Shown here: positions 1-12,825 of the stretch, one piece after another
Layout: every line of letters starts with the position of its first letter
Numbering within the stretch: position 1 is the first letter of the stretch
DNA from: Dipteris shenzhenensis
Taxonomy: Eukaryota
Length of the DNA: 64,000 nt
Assembly (NCBI GenBank): GCA_047967505.1
Contig: CM106538.1
Direction: 5' to 3' (one strand)
Position numbers and translations under genes: made by a program
The notes under the pieces: model-generated
What the model was told of the DNA's origin: nothing
Database searches by the model: none
Seen by the model: the letters and a program-made list of their open reading frames with translations, nothing else

Positions 1-681
1 TTAAATTTATGGAGTCTTTTGTGAGGCTTGAACCCTTGTAGTTGTTGCATATTACAATCAGGCTTTTCATAAGGTTAGGGAATCGCCCACCTTACTAATC
101 AAAGCCTAATTATGAGACCTTTTGGAGTCCAAAGAGAGTCCAAATCTCCCCTAATACCAATGCACAAAAAGGGATATAAAAAGAAATCTTTCATACGCTA
201 GCATTTAAAAGATCCAAATATAGCACGAGTATATCCGTAAAGCTTTGTAGAGTAGACTAATAATAATAGCTACACGTGGTTGATTTTTGGCCCTACTAAG
301 GGATTATGGAAAGTATAGTGTTTTCTAGTGGACAACTTACAAATAGGCTATCAAATATGGTTAATGCTTCGGGTTACAAAAAATGTAGGGATTTTTTGGG
401 TTATTTTTTTAACATTTAAAGTTTTGCATTAAATGCATACAACGAGATATATTGATTTTTCTTTACATTTTTGAATTCTTTTCAAACCTATTGCATCTAT
501 GATAAAGGGATGCACTTCCTTAGTATTTAATAAATGGACCCTCTCCCACTTATGTTGTTATTTCCATGGCTCATTCCAAACTGCCTCCTTGCACTAAATT
601 ATGGAGGATCCTCCCTCTTTTATTTTTTAGAACCAAGGGAGAGACCAGAATCTCCTTACCTCTAGGAGGCCGCAATATAGT

Positions 682-865
682 GGTTTTGCCACCTTGTTAT
701 TATGACTTGAAAGATATGTACTTGCGCATTCAATTTATTTACCTCTACTGGTTTTGCCACCTTGTTATTATGACTTTGATGAAAGATATATACTTGTGCA
801 TTCAATTTATTTGCCACTTGTTACTATGACTTTGATGAAAGGTATATCCTAATGCATTCAATTAA
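682..865. repeat. ~55-70 bp tandem repeat, 3 degenerate copies
   Basis: The unit ttgccac(c)ttgttattatgactt(t)ga..aagatat..acttg.gcattcaattt occurs three times. Confidence 0.75.
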
Positions 866-1644
866 TTATAGAAGAAATGACATGATTGTTCTAAAGTATG
901 ATGGAAAGTTTCTAAAAGGCTGGCTAATTAAGTAGTAGCACTTTGGAGGATAGCGCAATCTTAAATAGAGAACTTTATGTGACCCAACCAACACCTAGAA
1001 AAGGATCTCCATTATTTATTCAAAAGAATTAAAAGCCTTTCTTATGAATGAAGAAAAGTGTTGCAAGCATGCTCTCGTTGAATTCTAAAGTTTCTAAAAG
1101 AAGAGCTCGATCACACTCGCAATTCTTTCTATGTACACTGTAAATGTAAAAGCTTTTGGCAGCAAAAATTTTGCTTCGTTATTGATTTCGTTGAAGGAAT
1201 TGCAGAATCCATTGCGACTCTCACTCTTGCTGCAACTGCACCGCTATCTTTCCATCCAGAACATGGTAACTGCTGGAACTAACTTAAAAATCATCATCCG
1301 TCTTGTGTACGTCGAAGCACTTTACGTACTCGAGACCCCAACTGATCGACGTCGGTGCTGCCAGAAAGATGCCTTCCAGCAACAGTAATTGTACTACCAA
1401 CATTACAGCATTGCTGCTCCACAGCTGTGATTGCGCTTTGTACTTATATACTCGATACACTAGACAAACGGACGATCCCGACAAGCTTGACGCTTTGTAA
1501 AAGCTTTCATGAGCTAGCCCTGATACGGATTCTATGGGCAAACCTTTCACTTTGAGTCCCCAGAATTCAGGCTCCGGCTCGATCGTGATCGGCGCACACA
1601 TTACCATTGCGAAAAGTCGCGGAGCCTCCAGAAGAGGAAAATAT

Positions 1645-3776
1645 TTAGAGTAGTAGCAATGAAATGGTCACACTCGAAATCACCAACAAAACAATTTGGG
1701 CATGAGTCTTATGCATTCTGGTGGCTCCGTTCGGGAGTAACGGGTACGCATCTGGAGGAGGGAGCACGCAGTTATCACCGTTGAAATACACCTTTTGTGG
1801 AAATGCCCACCCCTGCTTGAAAGAAAAGGTGGAGAGGTCTTTTTGGAAGAGTATCTCAGATTGCACGTTTCCATCCGGACCTGCTTGGCTCAACAAATCG
1901 TTGAAATATTTGATGCCATAAAACATGCCCGTATCATCTGTGCAAACAGGTCACACCCCATAGGAATGTCGTAAGTTTTTAGCGATCGATCGACACAGGA
2001 GGCCTACGTACGTTTTCGTTACGCATGAAAACGGGATAAATTACTTCGGGGGGGATTAACGATGGTAGCTTACTGATTGACCCATATGGAGATAAGGCCT
2101 TGTAAGAGAAACTGAAAACCTCCGTCAGGTTGTCAAGGTTGGGATGTTGAACGACGAGGTTCCACTCCGAGTAGTTCATGGCATAGTTGCGATTAGTGAT
2201 AGCGATCTTCACCCGCCAGTACAGCTGGTAATTTTGCTTCACATGCCAGTGGATTCTAATGGGACACATATCGTCGGTGCAGTGAAGCAGTGGGGTGATT
2301 GGACGTGGGGCGAGGCCCGTGCTCACTCCTGTGGTGGATTGCAGAGGGGCACTCCTGCACGTGAAACGACGAGATCAGCTGATTAGAAAATTGTTCTATC
2401 GTCGCACGAACTGGAAAAATTCATACAGAAAGGACTTACTCTAAGCATCCTCCCACGGTACTGTTCTTCTTCTCGCAAGCACATGAGCACGTCGGGCACG
2501 GAACGATTGTTTCATTGTAAAAGGAAGAAAAAGAGACACAGCAAGTAGGCGCTTTCTGGGCGAGGAATTGGGAATACGTGCAAGTTATGTTCCAGGTCAC
2601 TGCAGCCATTCATCACATCATGTAAGAAATCGTTTTGTAGCATCCATCAAACAGGTTTTCCGCTCGCTTTACAGCTACCAAGGACGAAATCATTGCGATC
2701 GTTCATCAGATCATGTCACGATCGGTTAGCACTGAGCTAATCTAGCATTCATCTGCATCGCTACCTAACAATCCAATTGAAGATCTAGAGTGTCATCGCT
2801 TACTCAGAGCCTGCGTTGTCCTCCTCCCGTCCGCAGACAAAAATTGGCTTTGCTTGACGACCTTTGCCGGGCCGCAAGTGTACCCCGGCCCTGGAGTCAT
2901 CAACGTGAAATTCTTGGGCAGCTTCACGGTTGTGTTCGATGTGCCTGCTTGCCCCACGCTTACTTGGAAAGATGAGACGGAATTTGCCGGATCCTGAACA
3001 AACGACGTTAACACGCCTCCTCTGCAGCAGTTTGCGATCTGCTGGGTGTAAGGTACCCCCGGAAGCAGGTCGACGATCGTTGGGTTCCTCATACAGCAAT
3101 GCGGAATGTTCCCATGAAATTTGGAACAATCACCCTGTAGCGTGGCCTGAGATCCGACCATCGACCAGATAATCTCCTTTTGCGCCCAATGCCAGCCCAA
3201 AAGCCAGCCAGGAGACTGAATGTGACGATATTGCTGAAAATTGAACATAGAAACGACAGCCTGCACAACAAATAGCGGAGTTCGTCTTACCAGAAAGCTA
3301 AGCAATTTGTCAAGCTCACGAATCGTTATTGTATCACAATTCCGTCAGGATTAACGCCGTAAATCCAAGCTACAGCTGCCAAACTGCAGCTTATACGGAA
3401 GCAAATACTGAAGATGAATGGAGGGACTCACCACATAGCCATCGGGTGTCCAGGACATAATATCCCACTTGATGGTGATATTCGCATTGGGATCGAGGGG
3501 GTCATAGGCATCTGCAAAATGTGGCAAAAGCATTGATTATAACATGATGATGAAGCAACGATGGAAGCCAGGAGCAAACTCAAAAGGGAAATGCAGAGAA
3601 TGAAGTCGGTGCAAGGAACGGTAGGAGGAGCTGAGAGGATTGGACACAGGAAGAGAGGAGGTGATGATGGGGGGAACCCAAATGGTACCTGAAAGGGAGG
3701 CAGAGAAGGCGAGTGCGAGGAGGGCAAAAAGTTTAAGGAAGGAGGGGAGGGGAGGGGGGGAGGGGAGGGTATCCAT
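1645..3776 (-). CDS. COBL: COBRA / COBRA-like GPI-anchored cell-wall protein, 6 exons, ~452 aa
   Basis: Exons reconstructed with GT..AG borders and consistent phases: 3689-3776, 3432-3511, 2804-3260, 2440-2599, 2074-2354, 1645-1937 (1359 nt, 452 aa plus TAA). The product has a signal peptide (LFALLALAFSASLS), AYDPLDPNANITIKWDIMSWTPDGYVAVV, QIANCCRGGV, the CCVS motif (TCCVSFSSFYNETIVPCP), MCPIRIHWHVK, GWAFPQKVYFNGDNC and a hydrophobic GPI-signal tail after LPN. Confidence 0.96.
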
Positions 3777-6700
3777 AGCTTGGGAAATGAGAATGGAGGA
3801 GGAGGAGATGGATGTTGTTGTAAAGCTTAGGAGGAGAGGAGAGGAGAGGAGATGGTGGGTGCTCAAGAGAGCTCTCAACCTCAAACGAGTGAGAAGTAGA
3901 CACCCCAACAAACAATTGCTCGTTGGCTTGTAAACTTGGCCAAAAAAAATCTGGTGTCTCTTGTTGGTGTGATGTTGAGCCTTCACCAAACTATTCACAT
4001 TCCCCCCCCCCCCCCCCCCCCCTCCCTCCCCTTTGCCACCCTTTCACTCCTCCTCCTTTTTTCCCCCTTTCCTTCCACTCTTACATTCATGCCTTTCCCT
4101 TATCACATTTTTCTACTACTTCCCTCAACTTTGGGAAAGCCAAACTATAGTACAAAACTTTCCCAACATATACCAACCACCCACCTTGCTCTACCAATTT
4201 TGCAAACGCTCCCCCCTACCATCATGAAATGAGCCGACGTTACGCGAAAAAATAGGCTAAACAAACGCTTTGGAGCATTTCAACAAATGGTGGTGATCGA
4301 TGGAAGCTGAAGATCAACCTCACACAAACACAAATATTTTGCCATTTCCCACGGATTGCCTGTTCTCAGGTTGTTCCCCTATTTTGCATCCTTTATTTTC
4401 TCCATACTTCAATGGAAATCACGAGAATGCCCTCTTAGATTGATTTGCATGCCTCAACACTCCCCTCATATTGACAAGTCTTTCTTCCATATCAATGGCT
4501 TCTTATTGTGTCATTCAAGCACTTCAAATCTCACATCATAGTGGAGGGTGCAAGGATGGGAAATCAACATCACTCGACCAATTACTTTGGACTAGTATAT
4601 CACTAATATTCATAACGAGATGCAATCCTCAAGGCATTTTTGTCGCTTGCAATAGTCATTAGTAACAACCTCCCCTCTATTTTCTACAAATGGCAGTATG
4701 CAAGAGAACTCGATGCATTTAGTAGTCAAAGATTGAAACAATCTAGATCTCAAAATTTAGCATTTTACCACTAACACATTTGTTACTTAATTATACAGCT
4801 ATTCTAGCACTATCCTATTCCCATTGTCACCATGTTGAAGCCTAGGGAGCATATGTGTTTTTTTCTTAATAATAGTCCATTTACACGGTGAAATTATTAA
4901 ACCCACTAGGAGATCTACTTTACCACCACCCAAAGTCCACACTAGTGTTTGGAGGCTTGGGTAAGGATGATATTCTAGAACAACAAGTTTAGAATGGGAT
5001 TAAAGGTGGAACATAATTGAATCCCTTCATGGATTAGTCCATGTACTAAGGCACCCCTACGAGCACAACCCTTTTGCTAGTATCCCAACCTAGGGAACCT
5101 CATGCATGATTGAAGCAAAGCTACCTACAAGAATGGAAGAGGAATGCAAAATGGTGGCATTATTGCAGCATTATGTTTCTATAGAGATTACCTTTACATT
5201 GTTACTAGTCCATTGGTACCATAAGGGATAACTATCACAATGCTCTTGAGGACATAGAGATGTACACCAACATGCCTTTGCTCAAACATTGTAATGATAC
5301 TATTGCCAATTGGAGGCCAATTGTAGGAGAGTTGTGAATGAAAATGAGATGATATGTGCAATTAGTAGCTATGGTGGATGCAAGCACCACAATGCCTACA
5401 CTATCATGGTGGATGCAAGCACCACAATGCCCATGCTATCATGTTTAAGCATTGTGATATAGTATGCCAGACTCAAGATTTATAAGGATGTTGCCTACCA
5501 TCCTTGCACAATAGCTTGTTTTGCCATGAACTACCATCTCATGTCAGCAATGACATTCTACCATTCCCCTTAAACAGGGTACATAACTGAGACATAACTA
5601 TGGTGGGAGTAGCCATGCTAGCCTTCTGTTCAAATGCCCCAACACATGGCCTTCTATATACCAATCCTATGAAGCTGGTCAGCCACTCACCAAGGCTCCT
5701 AGCATGTAACAATAACCATTATAGTATTCCTTAGCCCATGGAAATGCATAGTGGTGACCAAACGTGGATACATATGGGAGGTCTATCGTCAGGTTGTGGT
5801 TGACCTAGGCATTTTAATCAAGTAGTCAAGGAATATAGTATATTTCATGGCTACTCAAATTATATGTATTATGCATGCATGCTTAAACGGTGGAGTCATA
5901 TGCCATCATTAGCATGTCAAATTATTGGTCCCATACTTATTCCATCATGACATATGCATCAATGGAAAATATGGGGCCAAACCACTTGATAGACTTACGT
6001 GAAAGGAAATAAGTAGGAAAATGTCAACAATATGAACATCATCAATATAAAAGAAGATTTTGTGCAAGTATGATTCATTGGGCAAGGGCCCTCCTTATTG
6101 ACACAAGTATACGTGTTATCTCATTCAATACCTTAATATTTGTGCTATTTGAACGTTTTTCTATATAAACAATCATTTTTCTCAATCCCCTTGTATAAGA
6201 TATACCCTTATTTCCATTTTCAAGCCTCTTGTGCAAGTAGTTACCCATAATTACCCTTCTATTGTATTGACTCTTCTAGAATCCATAGTATACGTGTAGT
6301 TGATCATAGTGACCCTCGATCAAAGAATCTCATACCACATATGCAAGCCTTTTCTATTGCTAGCCCCTTATAATTTTATCATCATTGATAGGCCAAGTTA
6401 AAAGGTTTACATATCTTTCTTAATTAATGACTCTTACAATGTAGCACTCGGGAGGGTAGGGGGGTCATTATCTAAAAATGCATATAGCACTTGCGAGCAA
6501 GCTTGCATATATAATATCCCTATATATACTTGGAATTGCCATGTTTATATATCCCTCAACCTTTTATAAGTGCATAGTAACTGACATTGAATTGATCCAC
6601 TTTTTATATCCAAATAATCAATCATGTTTGATTATTATTTCTTCAATCCCCTCAAGCATGTATAACCATGTAAGTCATTCAAATCAAAAAATCCCATTCA

Positions 6701-7281
6701 TTGCTTAAATATGCTATGTTAAATGGTTGAAGAGTGACCTCCCCATGATGTAGCAAAACCATGCATAATAAATACGGTCTATAAGTCATACCTCATGAAA
6801 GGGTAGTGACATGGTACCAAGACTATTTTAGTACTATTAGGAAAATCCTTTGATTTTGAGATGAATTGAGATTTATCTCTCTCTCTTCTTATCTTGCTCT
6901 TTTGCTACCTTATTTCTCCCATCTCATCCTAACACTTATTTATACTCCTCTCCCCAACTCACCCTTGCACTTATTTCTCCCTTTTCCCCTCACACTCATG
7001 CTCTTATTTATTTTATCATCTCTTCCCCCTCCCCCCTCTTCCCATCACTATATGGTCTCAAGTTCTTAGGACACCCATGCTCAAATTTAAGTTTCACCAT
7101 CCACACATCCATGGTTCTCTCACTGCTGCCACCCCATACTACTAATAAGGAAAGTGCTCTCTCTCTCCTTCACACTCTTTGATACTACAGATTATTAATA
7201 ATATTAAATGTAATTAGTTTAAAATCATTTGATGTGATTTGAAAATTATAATTTCCAATATCCGTACATGTAATGAGCTCA

Positions 7282-7286
<5 letters not shown>

Positions 7287-7368
<82 letters not shown>
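7287..7368. repeat. (AC)n microsatellite
   Basis: Pure AC run of about 41 units. Confidence 0.97.
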
Positions 7369-7371
<3 letters not shown>

Positions 7372-8394
7372 TATATATATATGAAATTATTATCATAAAT
7401 TCCAATATCCCTAAAATTATTTGATGTGTATCAAAATTGTAATTTCCAATATTCCTACATGTAATGGGCTCAAATTTTCATTATATATTTTCAAAAACAA
7501 TCCTATAATCAGTCCTACAATGAAATTTCATTTTCTTATGATCCAAACTTAAATCTATTTGCAATATTTATCGCAAAATCAAAGTTCCCTTTAAATTGAT
7601 AAGATGAAACCTTCTTGAAAGCATAGGCTTTTGAACATTCAATCTGTTATGAAAATAAGAAATTACATTGCAATGTCATTGTCAACATTCCATTGCAAGC
7701 TGAAATTTGCATGTGAATTCTTTTAAACTAAGCCTAAACCTAAGCAATCAAATTCATCACCTTGGATATGAATTATATAGGCATAGTTGTTGAACTTATC
7801 CCTCATCCCACATTATCACTTTGTGATTCCATGTGCATGCCTATATTGACATGTCCTCTTGATGAGTTTGCATATATTTGATTCTTTTGATATTCTCTTG
7901 ATGAGTTTCTCCATATTGATTTTCTTCATGTTTGCATTTCATGATATTGTCTAGTACAAACCTCATATATATACATGATTCAAAATATCGGTTTGGTACC
8001 TTAGATAGTAACAAGCCTCCAAAGAAATGTTTCGTCTTTTGCCCATCTTTTGTCTTCTCCAAATACGCTCCAAATCTTGTAAACATATTGCCAAGGGTTC
8101 CACCTTAAAATTGGAGATCCCTAGCTTAAGTCCAATTGAAAAGTGACTACCTACATTATGCCCATTACCATGTGTTATAGCACTTTCCAATGACATGGGT
8201 AATTGCATTGCATGGATCTATAAGTATCACATTTTGAGAGCATTCTTGTGTTTGATGCACTTGCAATTTTGAATGGTATATGCCAAACTATATTGAAGGT
8301 AGACTTTAGCATGCTCTTGTAATGCACACCATTAAGTGTCATGTGTACCTCTTGCAAAATTATTCTTGATTGTACTCTAATGGAATAGTACCTA

Positions 8395-8485
8395 TGTTTC
8401 TCAAGATCTATGATAAAATGATAACCTGGGTTTCTCAAGATCTATTATAAAATGATAACTTGTGTTTCTCAAGATCTATCATAAT
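8395..8485. repeat. ~33 bp tandem repeat x3
   Basis: gtttctcaagatctat(g/t/c)ataa repeated three times. Confidence 0.8.
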
Positions 8486-9959
8486 GTCATGCATAGCTCT
8501 CATGTGGAATTCTCTCTCCATTTTTATAGATGCAATCTTTCTTGTCTACCTTTTACATTTCAAGTATTATGTACCAAAAGGTGCAAACAATGTCTTTCCT
8601 ATGAAGTCAAAGCTTTAGTTGTCATGTAAAACCCATTTTTAGCATTATGCAAGGCCATTGTTAAGCTATCATGCTTGTGTCATAGAACCTTCTTCCCATT
8701 ATTCTAATCAACCTTCTGTAACCTTCTCACAAATAACCATGTGACAACATTTTTTCTTGGAGAATGAACAATTGTAGCTTGTTGAATAGATTTTTCCATA
8801 CATTTGCCACAATTATACAGATGAAGTATTGTTTGTCCCAATGTCACATTCTATAACCACATTTAAGTTCCCATCTTGAGCTACTAGAAGTTGATGGGCT
8901 CATAAGTATAAGCCAATAAAGAAAAACCAATAAAATGAAAACTAATAAGCATAAGCCAATAAAACAAAAACCCTTCCTATCTTCTCTAGCTTTGATGACA
9001 ACATCACAAATAATTTTTCTGTTAAATTTTCTCTAGTACTAGCATGGTCTTCCTCTAGCTTGGAAAAGGGTTGTTACAACATCACAACCATTTTTTCTAC
9101 TAAATTTTATCTAGTACTACCATGGTCTTCCTATGGCTTGGGAATAACTAATATTCTTCTTCTAGCATGGAACTATTCAATGGTTCTATGTTAAGCCTCT
9201 TCACCATTGTATCTCTCCATTTTATTGGCCATCCTATTGGTGCTAGAGGATCTTATTAGAGGATTTTAATAGACATAATTCAACCCCAAGCAACAATGAG
9301 GCGAGAAGAAAAGGCGAAGGCAAAGTAAATGAAGGATTGATTCTGCCATGTCCCAAAGTCCACGTCAGTGGACCAAACCATGGTAGAGCACCAAAGAGTT
9401 TGCATAACAAGAGGGCAGACAAAAGCCATAGACAAATTCTACCAATACCTAGTGAGAATTCATGCTAGATTCTTAGGAGGATCTTGATCCACAATTTGGC
9501 TACATCATTAGCAAGATACTTGGCATGGGAAGTACACCAATCCTAGAGTACTTAAAGGATTAGTAGTAAAGTTGTATGTGTGGGGACTGATTATGATGTA
9601 GAAATAGAGTCATCATTGTAACTAATTGTTGATGTTATTGTGTTGATCTATTGTTGTGATTGAGTGATGCAAATGCATATTGGGTTGCAAGTGCCACTTA
9701 TTCTTCATCTTAAAAATGAATAAGCAATCAAGAATTCTTTTCTTCTCTAAACTCAATCTAAGCCATTTGGCAATGTGTGCTTTGTGAGGTTATGTATGAA
9801 TTTGCATTCACCAATTACTTTGTCTTTCATATGAGTGAGCATAGCAATACGCCCTATAATGAACGATGCTTTTATTAGGCCATCTCAAAATATGTGTATT
9901 GCCTTCATGAAGCCCAAAGAACATGCAATCCAAATGCATGTTCAAGAAATATGAATCCG

Positions 9960-11830
9960 TCATGTTAGTACTAATTTATAACTAACATTTTTGGAAATCT
10001 TGCTAGGGAGTGTCTTCCTCAATGTGCCAATGAAGGAAGATGGTAGACTGGATTCTACAAGGATGGTAAAGATATCCCAATAATAATGATGCAAGTTGGA
10101 AGGAAAGAAGTTAGAGCTATTAGAAACTCCAAAAGAGTTACATGCCCAAATTAATACCAAGATGCAAGAAGTGGCAAAGCTAGTGTAGAAGTAACATAAG
10201 CAAGTAGCTATCTACAACATTAGTGTAGCCCAAGTGGATCTTTAACCAGATAATCTATCTTGGTTACTATTCCACTACACCTTATACCCTTGGGAAGATC
10301 AAGTTTATGGCATTAATCAAACTATAAAAAGAAGTTTCTTGCATTTCAACAAATCCATTGATTTGGCATTGAAGCAATCACCTAAATTAAATACAATGAG
10401 TTGGATGGCTTGATATTGGATGTGCTAAAGATGAAGTAGAAGGTTAGAGAGCTCAAACAATGTGAATTAGCACAAAATGAATCTCAGACACAATGTTCAA
10501 AGGATGCAACAGCTTCTTGACCACAACAAAGATATTAGTAGAGAAAAGAAGAGTGCATGGCAAGAGAATGGCTAAGCTCATGGAAGCTTTTCATAATTGT
10601 GCATGATGAGGAAACTTGAGCCCGAGCAAAGATTGGAAGACTTGAGTAGTTCTAAACCGGTATGACACTGAGGACAAAAAAGGGGAGAAGAAAAAGAAGG
10701 CCAAGAGAGTCAAGGCTCCATCTTTAAAGGGAAGCCAGGCATGTCATCGCACATAGGACCAAAAAATAGTGATCCCACATAATCCATGAAGGCAAAAAAA
10801 TGATCCAAGTTTAGCAAAAGGATGCAAGATTCAATAGAGGGCCCACTAGCAATTCATTACAGTTTTTCTAGTAATGGCAAGACAAAAAATATAGATTAAA
10901 TTTAAAAAATAAATGGCATGAGAGAATGAGAATTCTCATTCCCACTTACAAAGATTCTTGTAGCATAGATATTGCAAAAAAAGGCAATACTTAATGTATT
11001 TAACCCCAACATTTGTAGATAAGCCATTCTTTGGACCATCATTTCACTACATGGAATGCATTGAGGGAAGACTTTTTGAAGAGGTTTCAACATGAGTTCA
11101 GCAAAGAAGATGTGATTCTGAAGCTTGACCAAATAAAACATAGATTAGGAGTGATGGTGAATGACTTTGTGGCTTGAATGAGGGTGTTGCTCAAAAATAA
11201 TTTAACGATCACCAAATATGAAATAACACTTTGTATGTGGTTCTTGATTAGTCTCACCGATGCCATAGAGCTAAGAATCATGGAAATAACAAATCCAAAA
11301 AGAATGTACAACAAATTGCTATGCAAGGGAATTGTGATTGAGGAAGGGGTTGATAGTGAGCCCAAAACAAAGAAAAAGGTAGTCTTCATGGATAGCAAAG
11401 ACGAGCTACTTGGCCAAAAAACAAAAGAATTAGCAAAGATAAAAAGGGAGGATCTAGAAAAGATTCTGAAAGAGAAGGAAATAAGGGGAAGTTCTAGAAA
11501 TAGGAGAATTTTGTTGCACTAATTGCAAAGTTGATAGATAAGTGGGCGCCAACTATAGGTCAAGATGACTATAAACATATGCAATCATTCAAGCCACAAC
11601 CAAATATGTTATTTCAATGAATACAAAAGGGGTAGAGAGGTCCACCAAGTTGAGAGAGAGGGAAAAAGACCCTATAAGTGCCCCAAAACAAGGACTACAG
11701 ATTGTGGAAAAAGCATCTGGAAGTGCTACAAAGGGCATATCACCAAGATGAGCAAGCACCAGCTACACAACTATGTTGGCTACATCAAATGAATGTGGTC
11801 ACAAGGTCACAAGGAAGCTAGAAGGACCCA
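9960..11830 (+). mobile_element. Highly decayed Gypsy-like gag remnant
   Basis: Purine-rich broken ORFs (11178-11522, 11565-11792) with a degenerate Cys/His knuckle followed by MNVVTRSQ, a linker typical of Gypsy gag-protease. Boundaries are uncertain. Confidence 0.35.
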
Positions 11831-12179
11831 TGGAATCAAGAGTTACATCCAAAAGAGCCAAATAATCATTAGAAAGAAGAAAAGAAAATGGCCATTGAAA
11901 TAACAAAGGCATTCAAGCAAAAAGAGCCCTTGAACACTTATTTCATTAATTTTGGACTTGTCAATGTACAAATTCACTTTTATAGATACTTTTGGACTAG
12001 ATTTTGGATAAATTTTAAGAAAAAACCCACTCTTCAAAACAAAGATGAAAACATAAAAACAAGCAATTTTTTAGAGTTTTTGGAAGAAAATTAAATCAAG
12101 ATTATAAAATTTAACGTGACACAGTTTAATACATAAAAAACACTTGTAAACTCTCGTTAATAGTTACATCAAAAGACTT

Positions 12180-12752
12180 AATTTTTTCTTAATTATTTAC
12201 TTAATTTAGTATAGTTTAAATTAATAAAAATAATTTAAATGCATGAATAAATAAATTAATGTATGTATATATGTATGACCCATGCATGACATTAATTTAC
12301 TATAAGAGTCCTCTAATGTATGTACGTATGTACATACGTACGTATGTATGTATGTATGCCCCGTGTATGACACTAATATACCATAAGAGTCCTCTAAAAT
12401 CTTCAAGATATCATAACAGTATCAATAAACACCTCTTGAGAGTTTAAAAACTCTAAAATCTCATAGATATGGCATCACACACGATGCTGCACATGCATGC
12501 ATGGAACGTACATGTCCTTGGTTCATCGATGGAAGGCCATTGATACATATGGTGGGACCGGTGCAATGAACTTGTCCACATGGCATAGGAATGCCCGAAA
12601 AGGCTTTAGTTGATCCGTGTCTGCTGTATGGGATTCACGTTGCACGACTATTGAGGGAGGGGAGGGAGGGGGAAAGAGAGGGGAGGGGAAAGGGGAGGGG
12701 AGGGAGGAAGGAAGGGAAGGGAAGGAGAAGGGGCTGGGAAGAGGAGGGAGAG

Positions 12753-12825
<73 letters not shown>

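Noticed and set aside
1131-1607. Short ORFs downstream of COBRA
   Set aside because: No recognisable motifs; most likely the COBRA 3' UTR and flank.
7800-8900. Possible minus-strand Gypsy integrase remnant
   Set aside because: Only faint motif echoes (GSHFS, FTRFG), too decayed to call.
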